Below are positions 42,372 to 51,953 of a stretch of DNA of 64,000 nt, piece after piece (the stretch's first letter is position 1; each line of letters opens with the position of its first letter). The notes beneath the pieces are model-generated. The model did not search any database. It saw only the letters and a list, made by a program, of their open reading frames with translations, and was not told where the DNA came from. The stretch lies in the NCBI GenBank assembly GCA_963665235.2, contig CAXXLX010000002.1, forward strand, positions 480,001 through 544,000, in the 5' to 3' direction. A program made the translations under genes and the position numbers. This DNA is from Candidatus Poribacteria bacterium (GTDB taxonomy: Bacteria; Poribacteria; WGA-4E; WGA-3G).

Positions 42372-43295
42372 ATGTCATATTTGAAAAACAACTACCATTG
42401 GCTACTCTTCATCATAGTTATTTTCGGAAGTATTGGGGCTGTCGTGTTTACACAACAGGACACTGACACCGAACCGAACGTTATTTTTGAGCCGCCATCC
42501 CCGGAAGTCCTCCAGCAGATTAAGGACGACATCGCAGCACGGAACGCGCAGGACGCGGTCAAACCCCCGCCTCCCGGTGAAACCGCGGAAACAGGATATT
42601 GGCATGGTGACCACTGGCATAGAACTGCCCCTGCGGAAACGCCCGTAGATATGCAGCGCAATGAGGATCAGTATGGAGTCACACGGCAAGGCACGCGGTA
42701 TCTCAAGAACCCTGACTGGGCAGACCGTACCGAAGCACATGCAATCCCCACAGGCCCACCCCTCAATCTGAATTGGGCAGACATTAACACTAGGAACACG
42801 GCGAACTGGTATGATCCGCGCGTATGGGAATCTTATCGCAACTTCTGGGGATTTGATCGCCCCAAGGCGAGAACGGATGGGACTGTCCCGTATCGTGCCA
42901 GATTAGATAACTATGGGACACCGCTTCAACAGTTTGAAAATGTCTCACTGGTGGTCAAGTGGAGCAAGCGTAGAGGTTTTCGTCCGACACCTGAGCAGTT
43001 CGCTGAACACCAAGCACTGACTGCACGCTACGACACGGCACTATCATTGGGAGACGATTCGACAGCCGAGTCCTTACGGAGTCAGATTGCTGAACTTGAG
43101 GCATCCGCGCAAGGAGAACTGCCCGACCCGACCTCCTATTTCTCGACGTCCTATGGGGACCCCTACCCGGATTGGGAGAACCTCTCTGACATTGAAAAAA
43201 GTAGGATGAATAAGGAAGAGGAGGCAGTCGGCATCAGAAACCTTTACAAACGATTGGGTATTGAACATCTGTATGAATATTATGAAAAACCGTAA
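42372..43295 (+). CDS. Membrane-anchored protein with PPPPGET..GYWHGDHWH motif (paralog 2)
   Basis: AGGAG RBS; N-terminal ~85 aa homologous to 37030..38055, unrelated C-terminus. Confidence 0.82.
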   Translation: MSYLKNNYHWLLFIIVIFGSIGAVVFTQQDTDTEPNVIFEPPSPEVLQQIKDDIAARNAQDAVKPPPPGETAETGYWHGDHWHRTAPAETPVDMQRNEDQYGVTRQGTRYLKNPDWADRTEAHAIPTGPPLNLNWADINTRNTANWYDPRVWESYRNFWGFDRPKARTDGTVPYRARLDNYGTPLQQFENVSLVVKWSKRRGFRPTPEQFAEHQALTARYDTALSLGDDSTAESLRSQIAELEASAQGELPDPTSYFSTSYGDPYPDWENLSDIEKSRMNKEEEAVGIRNLYKRLGIEHLYEYYEKP

Positions 43296-43504
43296 CTTAC
43301 GCCTGCCCGTGAATACCACAGAAACACACAACACCATACCTCTTAGCCCAGTATGGGCGATATGTTTATAAAAACAATCGTGTCAAAAACTTTACACCTC
43401 CACATTTTTGAAATTTGTTGCAAATTCCCCCGTAATCCGTTATACTTTAAGAAAATGAAAGTGTTGTTTGGAGGACACATTCTGTCACCTTTGAGGAGAA
43501 ACAC

Positions 43505-44089
43505 ATGACTTATGTTGCAGTCCAAACGCAGCTGACTCCCGAGGAATATCTCGACTGGGAACGGAAGGCAGCGACGAAACATGAGTATCACAACGGACAG
43601 ATAGTCGCAATGTCCGGGGCAAGTTATGAGCACACGCTTATTGCAGCGAATATGGTAGCTGAAATCCATGCCCAATTGAAAGGGAAACCGTGTACGGTTC
43701 ATGCAAGTGATATGCGCGTAAAAACGTCATCAACGGCCTCCTATTTCTATCCGGATGTCGTTGCCGTTTGTGGTGAACCACAATTTGAGGATAACTCCTT
43801 CGATGTGCTTCTCAACCCGGTGCTTATAGTAGAAGTGCTTTCCGCCTCAACTGCTGCTTACGATAGAGGCGAAAAGTTTGAGCACTACAAGCAAATCACG
43901 TCGTTGCAAGAATATATCCTCGTTTCACAGGATAGGGTTCATATTGAACATTATCGTTGTCTCGGTGCTGAGTGGATATTAGCTGAATTTCGCTCGCTTT
44001 CGGATATGCTTTCCCTCCCTTCCATAGAATGTGCACTGTCTCTGCGGGACATCTATGCACGGGTCAAAGTAACCCGCGATAATCCGTGA
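43505..44089 (+). CDS. Uma2-family endonuclease
   Basis: TPEEYL, KHEY.NG, YPDV, IVEVLS.ST..YDRGEKF. Confidence 0.93.
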   Translation: MTYVAVQTQLTPEEYLDWERKAATKHEYHNGQIVAMSGASYEHTLIAANMVAEIHAQLKGKPCTVHASDMRVKTSSTASYFYPDVVAVCGEPQFEDNSFDVLLNPVLIVEVLSASTAAYDRGEKFEHYKQITSLQEYILVSQDRVHIEHYRCLGAEWILAEFRSLSDMLSLPSIECALSLRDIYARVKVTRDNP

Positions 44090-44090
44090 T

Positions 44091-44258
44091 TCAGATTTTC
44101 AGTGCCGGGTGCAGTTCCACAAGATACGGTGTAGCATCAGTTAACGTTTTATGTGCATCGGGCAATTTTGCAAGTTCCAACTTTGCATGATGCTGAATGT
44201 CCCATACTGATGGGAACTTATAAACTAACTCACCATTTTTGACAATCGGAATTAAGAG
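44091..44258 (-). pseudogene. pncB: 3' remnant of a nicotinate phosphoribosyltransferase
   Basis: Manual translation LLIPIVKNGELVYKFPSVWDIQHHAKLELAKLPDAHKTLTDATPYLVELHPALKI* resembles the NAPRTase C-terminal domain. Confidence 0.6.
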
Positions 44259-44452
44259 TGGAAACGCCCGTAGACATACAGCAAAATGAGGGGCAGTATG
44301 GTGTCACACGCCAAGGCACGCGGTATCTCAAGCACCCTGATTGGGCAGACTACCCTGAAGCACAGGCAATCCCCGCAGGCCCATCTCTCAATCTGAATTG
44401 GGCAGACATCAACACCAGGAACACGGCGAACTGGTACGATCTGCGCGTATGA
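44258..44452 (+). pseudogene. Internal fragment of a paralog of 42372..43295
   Basis: Colinear with 42633-42827; many synonymous differences; TGG changed to TGA at the end. Confidence 0.8.
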
Positions 44453-44690
44453 TAAATGCTTCTACGAATAGCCCAGCCAAAAACGATGAATTACCCCTAT
44501 CGCATCCTTTACCCCCCTAACCCGCGATAGTCAAATCAACGTCCGACCTAGACAGCGAGCTGTTTTTCCACCCTTCCAATCTTCCAATCTTCCATCCCTC
44601 CCCCTAACTCTTCGCGATGTATTTATTGCTTTGCAGATAAATTCATGCTATAATTCATCACAGAAATCGATATTACAGAAAGAGAGACTT

Positions 44691-45713
44691 GTGAAAATAC
44701 TAGGTATTGATACATCTTGTGATGAAACTGCTGCAGCGGTCGTAGCGGATGGCCGTGAGGTCCTCTCAAATGTGGTTGCCTCACAGATTGAAACACATCA
44801 GGCTTACGGTGGCGTTGTCCCGGAGTTGGCATCGCGTAAACACATTGAAGCAATCAACTATATCGTCAATAACGCGTTGACAGACGCGAACGTCACGTTT
44901 GACACCTTAGATGCTATTGCAGTGACAAACCGCCCGGGCTTAATCGGCGCGTTGCTCGTCGGGGTGGCGGCAGCGAAAAGTCTCGCCTACTGTCATAATC
45001 TTCCGTTGCTCGGCATTAATCATATTGAAGGGCATATTTACGCCAATTACATGGTGCATGACACCTTGACTTTTCCGCATATCTGTTTGACTGTCTCCGG
45101 TGGACATACGTTGCTTGTGGAGGTCCATGAAGGTTGGAAGTATAAAGTTCTGGGAACGACCCAAGACGATGCAGCGGGGGAGGTCTACGATAAGGTCGCG
45201 AAATACCTCGGACTCGGTTTTCCCGGCGGCAGAATTATTGATGAACTGGCACAGGAGGGTAATCCTACGGCGATAGATTTTCCACGCCCGATGCTCCGTA
45301 GCGGCAATTACCAATTTAGTTTTAGCGGTATCAAAACAGCTGTGCGGTATTTTATTGAGGAAGCGGAACGGGCTGGCACAGTGGATAGCGGTGAAATTCT
45401 CTTGGAAGATGTCGCCGCTAGTTTTCAAGCAGCGGTGGTCGAAGTGCTTGTCGCAAAGACGGTTCATGCCGCGAAAACGACAAGCGCACGCACCATCACC
45501 TTGACAGGCGGAGTCGCCGCGAACAGTCAACTGCGCGCCTCCCTGGAGACTGCCGCCGCCGAAATTGATGCAGCTGTCTATTATCCTCCGATTAAACTGT
45601 GTACAGATAACGGTGCAATGATAGCGGGCATCGCTTACGAAAAATATCAGCAAGGACTTCGGGACACGCTTTCTCTCAATGCTGCCGCGAACGGTTCAAT
45701 AGTTGATGTCTAA
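44691..45713 (+). CDS. tsaD: tRNA N6-threonylcarbamoyltransferase TsaD
   Basis: ILGIDTSCDET, GGVVPELASRKH, HIEGH, SGGHT, DNGAMIA. Confidence 0.98.
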   Translation: MKILGIDTSCDETAAAVVADGREVLSNVVASQIETHQAYGGVVPELASRKHIEAINYIVNNALTDANVTFDTLDAIAVTNRPGLIGALLVGVAAAKSLAYCHNLPLLGINHIEGHIYANYMVHDTLTFPHICLTVSGGHTLLVEVHEGWKYKVLGTTQDDAAGEVYDKVAKYLGLGFPGGRIIDELAQEGNPTAIDFPRPMLRSGNYQFSFSGIKTAVRYFIEEAERAGTVDSGEILLEDVAASFQAAVVEVLVAKTVHAAKTTSARTITLTGGVAANSQLRASLETAAAEIDAAVYYPPIKLCTDNGAMIAGIAYEKYQQGLRDTLSLNAAANGSIVDV

Positions 45714-45727
45714 ACGGGGGAACACAC

Positions 45728-46354
45728 GTGGAATCTGATTTACGGATAAAAGCAGCCGCCGATTGTCTAAAATCGGGCGGAATTATTGCAGTCCCTACCG
45801 ATACGGTATACGGGTTGGGGGCGGACCCATTTAATGCCGAGGCGGTCCAAAAACTGTATACCCTAAAAGGGAGACCAGAAGCGAAACCGATACCCCTGCT
45901 CCTCAGTTCCGTTGAAGATGTAAAACAGGTTGCACAAAACCTCCCAGGCCTCTTTTTTCAGCTGACAGATAGGTTTTGGCCGGGGGGGTTAACAATCGTT
46001 GTGGAGGCAAAAAATCTGCTACCGCAGCTGACAGCGGGTGGCACTACTGTCGGGGTCCGTATTCCGAATCAACCGCTACTCTTGGAGATTCTTCAGGAAT
46101 TTGGGGGAGCTATGGCAGTGACCAGCGCGAATTTGTCAGGACACCCCGCAGCAACTGCTCCCGACGAATTTGGCGCGGAGCTCATCTCCCGAATTGATGT
46201 GATTGTAGATGGCGGGAAAACACCCGGCCCGATTCCGTCAACCGTCTACGACATTTCTGTATCCCCGCCACAGATTCGCCGACACGGCGTAATTTCTGAA
46301 GAAACACTTACCGAGGCACTAATGTGTTACAGCAGACGTTCAAACAACTCCTGA
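45728..46354 (+). CDS. tsaC: L-threonylcarbamoyladenylate synthase (YrdC/Sua5 domain)
   Basis: PTDTVYGL, KGRP, FWPG.LT, TSANLSG. Confidence 0.95.
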   Translation: MESDLRIKAAADCLKSGGIIAVPTDTVYGLGADPFNAEAVQKLYTLKGRPEAKPIPLLLSSVEDVKQVAQNLPGLFFQLTDRFWPGGLTIVVEAKNLLPQLTAGGTTVGVRIPNQPLLLEILQEFGGAMAVTSANLSGHPAATAPDEFGAELISRIDVIVDGGKTPGPIPSTVYDISVSPPQIRRHGVISEETLTEALMCYSRRSNNS

Positions 46355-46908
46355 AATTTCTCGCCACACCCACCGGAAATTGGGTCATACTTGGGCTAGC
46401 ATGTGTGGTCATTTTGGCGGTCGTTTACCACAGATGGCGGCAAATTCAGGGATTGACGGTGGCGGTAATTCAGGAGGATACCTATTTTATCACCCGAGAC
46501 GATAACAACCGATTGGCGATTGTCGTGTCCCTGCATCTCATCAATAAATCCAGCACCCCAATTCAGTTTCGCACATGTAAATTGAGTGGCTACTCCCCTA
46601 AACTACCACCCGAGCGATTGTTTTTAGAGGGATATGATAAGACCGTCGAACTGCCCTATCCGGAATACGACTCGTTTTCGGAAAGCGCGGAAAAATCGGA
46701 CAACCCTAAGGCAGTGTACGTTCTCAATCCGTACACAGAGCAGCGGATGTGGGTCTATTACGAGTCCGGTATTGTGACATTGACCAATAGATTGCGTGCA
46801 CCGATTGTGCTAAAGGATACAAATCGCAAACGGAAATCTATCCAGGTCGCCGTGCCACGCAATATGGAGCAGATTCAGCTGTATCGGGAGGCAGCAATGC
46901 GGTGGTGA
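46324..46908 (+). CDS. Hypothetical single-TM protein
   Basis: 194-aa ORF overlapping the tsaC end. Confidence 0.65.
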   Translation: MLQQTFKQLLKFLATPTGNWVILGLACVVILAVVYHRWRQIQGLTVAVIQEDTYFITRDDNNRLAIVVSLHLINKSSTPIQFRTCKLSGYSPKLPPERLFLEGYDKTVELPYPEYDSFSESAEKSDNPKAVYVLNPYTEQRMWVYYESGIVTLTNRLRAPIVLKDTNRKRKSIQVAVPRNMEQIQLYREAAMRW

Positions 46909-46916
46909 GTTTAGCA

Positions 46917-48788
46917 CTACGATGCTCGATTCATCTCAATCAGATGCGCGTCCGCTAATCCTGCCCGTACCTCTTCATCGTAACTTGTCACGACTACCTG
47001 ATGCGCCTTGGCTAGCTCAGAGATAAAATCCATCATCGACGCTTTCCGTTCACTATCTAAATGCAAAGTCGGGTCATCGAATACAAAGAAACCGGGGCTC
47101 CCCAACACCTTAGCAAGTGCCACCTTGAAACAGAGGTACAGAAACATCTTCTCGCTTCCACTGAGCAACATCAAACTCCTATCAACACCGTCTATTGTGA
47201 GGGAGGGAAGTAGGTGCTGGCGTTGTAAGTCAATGCGTGTGCTTCCAAAAAGGTCTATATGTTCGAGCCAATTGTGTAGCGCGTCTTCTGCCGGTTTAAG
47301 GATTTGACGTTGGAGCGTTTCAATCGTCTTGTCAACACCGGCACAGGCGAGCTCTAAGCTAAGCCGGGTCTTCTCAAGCTGTACCGCGTTTTTATTGATA
47401 CGTTGCAATGTCTGAAATCTATCTACTCGCACCGCTTCCGCCTGTCTAAGCTTGTCAAGTTTTGCACGCTCGTTATCAATTTGCGTCTTTAGTTGACGTT
47501 TATCTGGCACCGGGGCGGTAACGTTTTTTAACCCCTCACTAGCGGGAGTCGGCCCGTCTAGCGGTATACCTTTCTCGGTTAACCGCGTCGTGAGGGTCTG
47601 AAGTTGCGTTTGAATGTCCCCCATATCTCGCTCCAGCTGTTCCAATCGAGTTGCGTTTATTTGCAATGTCTGAAGTCGCTCTTCAAGTTTACGGCTGCTG
47701 TCTAAGTTTTCGGTTTTTTCGGCTAACGTTTTTTTGTGCTGTGCCAATTCAGTTTGCAGTTGTGCTGTCTCGGTCTGTTTTTCCTCTATTATCCGCTGTA
47801 CCACCTCCTGTTCAACTGTCTGGTGGCAGGTTGGGCAGTGGCTTTCGTCGCTGTCGAGGAGCGTTCGGAGGGTGTTACAGACGTTTGTCAACGCGGTAAT
47901 TTGGGAGTCAACACTGCCGATTTTTTGGATAAGCTGTTCACGACTTTCTGCCAAGCCTCCAGTATCCTTAAGGCTGTTCTGAATTTTTGCTATCATATTG
48001 TGGATGTGTGCGATATCGGTGAACCCTGTCAAGGTTTGAACGCGCTCGCGTATGAGGGTCTCCAATTGTGTTTGCAGTCGGTTTCGAGTTTGCATCCACT
48101 CAGCAATTAAGTCCGTATCCCCTGTTTCAGCGGTGTATGCTGCCTCTAATCTTTTCAATTTCGCCTCGATTTTTTCAATGTCGGCTTTATGTGTGTTCTG
48201 TGCATTGAACCGGAGGCTCTTTTGGTGGGATTTCACCCGGTTTTCCTCGCGTTTGGCGATGCGCCGTGCGTCGATGAAACGTTCCCGGACATCTATCAAT
48301 CTGTCAATGCCGAGGAGTGCGTAGAGAATATCGCGGCGGGTTGCGGGTTGTCGGGCAAGAAATTCGAAGATTTCCCCCTCCCGCAGGAAGGTTGTCAAGG
48401 CGAGTCGGTCGTGCATAATCCCGAATCGCTTTTGCAACTCGATTTCAGGTGCCTTGACGCGTGTTTCATCGAAATCGATATACCACTTACCGTTTTCCTG
48501 ATGTCGGAGTTGGATCCGTTTTTTGGTTGCCCGGTAGAGCATGTACCGTTTTCCATCTTCGACGAATTGTAGCCCGGCTGTTCCGCTATAGGCTTCAGGG
48601 TTTTTCATCGCTGACGCGTCAACACGTGGCACAATCGGTTTGCCCGTTAGTGTGAAAAAAATGGCGTTGACGAGCGTACTTTTCCCGCTGAAGTTGGGAC
48701 CAAAGATAAGATTGATACCATCAGACAGATCAAAATCTTGCTGTTCAAAACAGCCAAATGTCTTGAGACGTATCCGTTCTAAACGCAT
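46917..48788 (-). CDS. Rad50/SbcC-like SMC-family ATPase
   Basis: Walker A GPNFSGKS, coiled coil, CPTC hook, LSGSE signature, FVFDDPT Walker B. Confidence 0.88.
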   Translation of the reverse strand: MRLERIRLKTFGCFEQQDFDLSDGINLIFGPNFSGKSTLVNAIFFTLTGKPIVPRVDASAMKNPEAYSGTAGLQFVEDGKRYMLYRATKKRIQLRHQENGKWYIDFDETRVKAPEIELQKRFGIMHDRLALTTFLREGEIFEFLARQPATRRDILYALLGIDRLIDVRERFIDARRIAKREENRVKSHQKSLRFNAQNTHKADIEKIEAKLKRLEAAYTAETGDTDLIAEWMQTRNRLQTQLETLIRERVQTLTGFTDIAHIHNMIAKIQNSLKDTGGLAESREQLIQKIGSVDSQITALTNVCNTLRTLLDSDESHCPTCHQTVEQEVVQRIIEEKQTETAQLQTELAQHKKTLAEKTENLDSSRKLEERLQTLQINATRLEQLERDMGDIQTQLQTLTTRLTEKGIPLDGPTPASEGLKNVTAPVPDKRQLKTQIDNERAKLDKLRQAEAVRVDRFQTLQRINKNAVQLEKTRLSLELACAGVDKTIETLQRQILKPAEDALHNWLEHIDLFGSTRIDLQRQHLLPSLTIDGVDRSLMLLSGSEKMFLYLCFKVALAKVLGSPGFFVFDDPTLHLDSERKASMMDFISELAKAHQVVVTSYDEEVRAGLADAHLIEMNRAS

Positions 48789-48843
48789 AGTCATAGTACC
48801 CACTACCTAAAGGTGGGGGCTTGTGCTTCCTCGACAACAGCGT

Positions 48844-49995
48844 TTATCCCTGGGGGACAACCCGTCTTATGTCGTCTCCACTTAGGGCAGCTAAGCCTGC
48901 CCGTTTGATGTTGATTGCAGCGTTGACATCTCTATCGTGGTCTGAACCACATTCAGGACATGTCCACTGCCGATCTGAAAGAGTTAGTTTTTTGTTATGG
49001 TATCCACAATCACTACAAGGTTTCGTAGTTGCTGTCCATTGACCGATTTTCTGAAACGTCTTCCCGTGCTTAGCACACTTCTGTTCCAGTATCAGCAATA
49101 ACTGGTAGAAGGCATTATCAGAGACTTTGCGTCCCCAAAGGCGTTTCATACCGTCAATGTTTAGCGTTTCAAAAATGAGTATGTCAAACTCTGTGCAAAG
49201 TTCAGTAGCAAGTTTCCATTGCCAATCGAGGCGTTGGCGTGATATTTTCCGATAGAGCCTTGCTAATGTGAGCCTCACACGATACCAATTACTTGAACCT
49301 TTGACTTTGCGACTCAATGCCTTGTGCAGAGACCGCAACGTGTTGAGTGATTGTTTTAGAAAATGTGGTGATTCTATCTTCTGTCCCTCGTTGCTTGTGA
49401 GTAATGTTTTGTTTCCGTAATCAAACCCTGCGCTCTTACCCGTCATGGGTTTCGGTTCGGAACCGTCAACATTATCGCACGAAAAGCATATCCAATAGTC
49501 CCCGCATCTGTCGCGTTTGAGGGTGATCGTCTTGATAACACCTTGAATCTCACGATGGTTGTGAAACGAAAAATAGGTGTCTATACAGTTGATTTTGATA
49601 CGATGCTCTTCAAGCGTGTAACCCGCTTGTGTGAAAGTCATTGAGTTGTATTTGTGGCGAGACTTGATTTTCGGTCTACCCACCCGATGCCTCGTTTTGC
49701 CTGCTTTGCGGTCTTTGATATTATCAAGAAAAGCGTCTTGGGATTTGCCATAACGCAACACAACATCTTGAATCACTTGACTCGGTAAATCCGACCAATG
49801 GGGTTTGGTCCTTTTCTTCAGTTTCGTGATATGTTTATTTAGACGCGACGTGGATATATTCTTTCCGTAGAGGCGATAATAACGACGGGCTAAACAGACA
49901 ATATGCACGTGGATATGCCACATATCGTCAATCAAATTGCCAATCTTTATCGTGTTAGATTGGTCCTGAAATTTGAACTTGTAAGATTTTCTCAT
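48844..49995 (-). CDS. tnpB: RNA-guided endonuclease TnpB
   Basis: RuvC-I GFDYG, RuvC-II IFETL, CSDCG/CPECG zinc finger, RuvC-III HDRDVNAAINI. Confidence 0.95.
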   Translation of the reverse strand: MRKSYKFKFQDQSNTIKIGNLIDDMWHIHVHIVCLARRYYRLYGKNISTSRLNKHITKLKKRTKPHWSDLPSQVIQDVVLRYGKSQDAFLDNIKDRKAGKTRHRVGRPKIKSRHKYNSMTFTQAGYTLEEHRIKINCIDTYFSFHNHREIQGVIKTITLKRDRCGDYWICFSCDNVDGSEPKPMTGKSAGFDYGNKTLLTSNEGQKIESPHFLKQSLNTLRSLHKALSRKVKGSSNWYRVRLTLARLYRKISRQRLDWQWKLATELCTEFDILIFETLNIDGMKRLWGRKVSDNAFYQLLLILEQKCAKHGKTFQKIGQWTATTKPCSDCGYHNKKLTLSDRQWTCPECGSDHDRDVNAAINIKRAGLAALSGDDIRRVVPQG

Positions 49996-50130
49996 TGTCC
50001 GCTTTGACCTTCAAGGTAGTCTTTGATAACCTTCAGTGTTACACTGCCACAAGAACTTACAAACTTCGAACGGGTCCACAAAGTGAGTTGTTCGGTAATC
50101 ACGCTTTTTGTTAGAGATTTTCAGTGGCAT
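49992..50130 (-). pseudogene. tnpA: IS200 TnpA remnant
   Basis: MPLKISNKKRDYRTTH joined out of frame to TLWTRSKFVSSCGSVTLKVIKDYLEGQSGQ*; HUH motif region missing; TGA overlaps tnpB ATG. Confidence 0.8.
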
Positions 50131-50163
50131 AATATATTACCTGTCTATTAGAGTGTATAGGAG

Positions 50164-50192
50164 ATTATACCACATTTTGATTAGATTGTCAA
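50164..50192 (-). promoter_or_regulatory. Consensus sigma70 promoter inside the IS left end
   Basis: TTGACA-17-TATAAT with extended TG. Confidence 0.75.
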
Positions 50193-50264
50193 GTCTTTTT
50201 TTATATCACGCACTTCGCCGTCTACATCCCGCAAGCTAAAGCATGGGGATTTGACAGGGGAGTG

Positions 50265-50471
50265 TTAATCGCCTTGCTTTTCGTGGATAAGGTCGTAAAG
50301 CATCTGGGCTCTCACGTTTTCTCGCCCATTCGTCAACGTAAATTCGAATGCGTGCACGATTGCTTCAAGTTCGGCAATGCCGAGCGTCTTATACTTCGGG
50401 TCGCGCTCCAGCAGTGCCTCAATTTCTGCCTTATAGATTTCTTGTGTGTCGTATTCAAGGGATGTGTCCAT
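50265..50471 (-). CDS. Small hypothetical protein
   Basis: 68-aa ORF with AGGAG RBS, operonic with the aminotransferase. Confidence 0.65.
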   Translation of the reverse strand: MDTSLEYDTQEIYKAEIEALLERDPKYKTLGIAELEAIVHAFEFTLTNGRENVRAQMLYDLIHEKQGD

Positions 50472-50490
50472 ATCCGCCCATCTCCTATTT

Positions 50491-51684
50491 TTAAATTTTT
50501 GCCCTAATTTTCATCAGCCGTTCACTCGCTTCTATCAGAATGTCATCGGCTATGCTGAACATAAAACGGAACTTTGTCTTGCCAAGGTGCGGGTGGCTAT
50601 AAAAGCTAGACCCCGGCACCCCGCCTACGCCAATTTCTTTGACTAACCAGTGTGCAAAGGCGGTATCATCGGGAAAACCGAAATCGGTGATGTCTGTCAT
50701 AATGTAGTACGCCCCCTCTGGGCGCGCACATTTAAACCCCGCTTCGGTGAGTGTGTTCACAAGCCGTTTCCGGTTTGTGTCGTATTGTGCAACTAAACTT
50801 GTGTAGTAGCTCGGGGGCAAGTTGAGAGCAGCGATGCCAGCACGTTGCAACGGATGCGGCGCACCGACCGTCAAAAAATCGTGCATCTTTCGGATACCAT
50901 CCGTTAAAGCGGCAGGTGCCACGACATATCCTAAACGCCAGCCTGTCATTGAATACGCTTTACTCAACCCTGACACGGTGATAGTCCGCTCCCGCATGTC
51001 GGGCAAAGAGCCGATGCTGATATGCAATTTCTCATCGTATATCATGTGCTCATATATCTCATCGGTGATAGCGATACAGTCATATTCACAGCAGAGCTCG
51101 GCAATCTTTTGAAGTTCGGTTTGCGTAAAAACCTTGCCGAGCGGATTGTTAGGTGTGTTAACAATAATCGCCTTTGTCTTACTAGAGAACGCATTTCGGA
51201 GAGCAGTTGGGTCGTAAGTGAACTGCATCACACCCTCGGCACTGTGTGTCTCTTGAAGTGCAACATACACCGGCACTGCACCAGAGATAATCGTATCCGG
51301 CCCGTAGTTTTCATAGAAAGGTTCAAAAATGATAACCTCGTCACCGGGATTGATAATCGCAAGTAGTGCCGACAGCATGCCTTCCGTTGAACCGCAGGTG
51401 ACGGTAACGTTTTCAGCAGCATCGGTCGGAATACCGTTGAAGGTCGTCATTTTATGGGCAATTGCCTCTCGGAACGCAGGCTCGCCCCACGTAATGCTAT
51501 ACTGATTGTACCCGTCTTGGATTGCTTCAATTGCTGCAGCTTTCACCGCATCCGGGGGTTGATATGCTGGAGTCCCCTGTGACAGGTTTATCGCATTGTA
51601 CCGCAAACAGAGCTGCGTCATGCCCCGGATAACTGATTCCGTGAAACGGGTAGATTTTACTGAGAGTTTGGATTGTAGGGAAAT
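50491..51684 (-). CDS. Class I/II PLP-dependent aminotransferase
   Basis: INLSQG, NTPNNPLG, DEIY, SKAYSMTGWRLG; start uncertain (ATT 51684 or ATG 51621). Confidence 0.92.
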   Translation of the reverse strand: MSLQSKLSVKSTRFTESVIRGMTQLCLRYNAINLSQGTPAYQPPDAVKAAAIEAIQDGYNQYSITWGEPAFREAIAHKMTTFNGIPTDAAENVTVTCGSTEGMLSALLAIINPGDEVIIFEPFYENYGPDTIISGAVPVYVALQETHSAEGVMQFTYDPTALRNAFSSKTKAIIVNTPNNPLGKVFTQTELQKIAELCCEYDCIAITDEIYEHMIYDEKLHISIGSLPDMRERTITVSGLSKAYSMTGWRLGYVVAPAALTDGIRKMHDFLTVGAPHPLQRAGIAALNLPPSYYTSLVAQYDTNRKRLVNTLTEAGFKCARPEGAYYIMTDITDFGFPDDTAFAHWLVKEIGVGGVPGSSFYSHPHLGKTKFRFMFSIADDILIEASERLMKIRAKI

Positions 51685-51953
51685 TTTGGATGTCCTTTTG
51701 TTTTACCTTATACTTTGGTTCTATAACTTAATCGGTTTTTGCTCTTTTCTGTCCCAACTCTTAGTCCCGTAGGGACGATATCTTTATAGGGGTTAGTGCA
51801 AACCGACATTTATTATCAAACTCACGTTAAAATTAACGTTCGTAGGTCGGGTTGATGGCGGATTGCTTTAAAAATAGTAGCACAACTTGTATTGTCTTGT
51901 CAAGAAGAATAGCAATCAGGCCGTGATAAGACAATTCATCGTTTGTCGTTCCG

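Larger units (their letters stand above)
48790..50255 (-). mobile_element. IS200/IS605-family element (tnpA internally deleted, tnpB intact)
   Basis: Subterminal hairpins ATCCCCATGCTTTAGCTTGCGGGAT (left) and CCCACCTTTAGGTAGTGGG (right); no TSD; ends approximate. Confidence 0.85.

Noticed and set aside
44258-44452. DGR template repeat for 42633-42827
   Set aside because: Differences are largely C/T and synonymous, not adenine-specific; no reverse transcriptase in the window.
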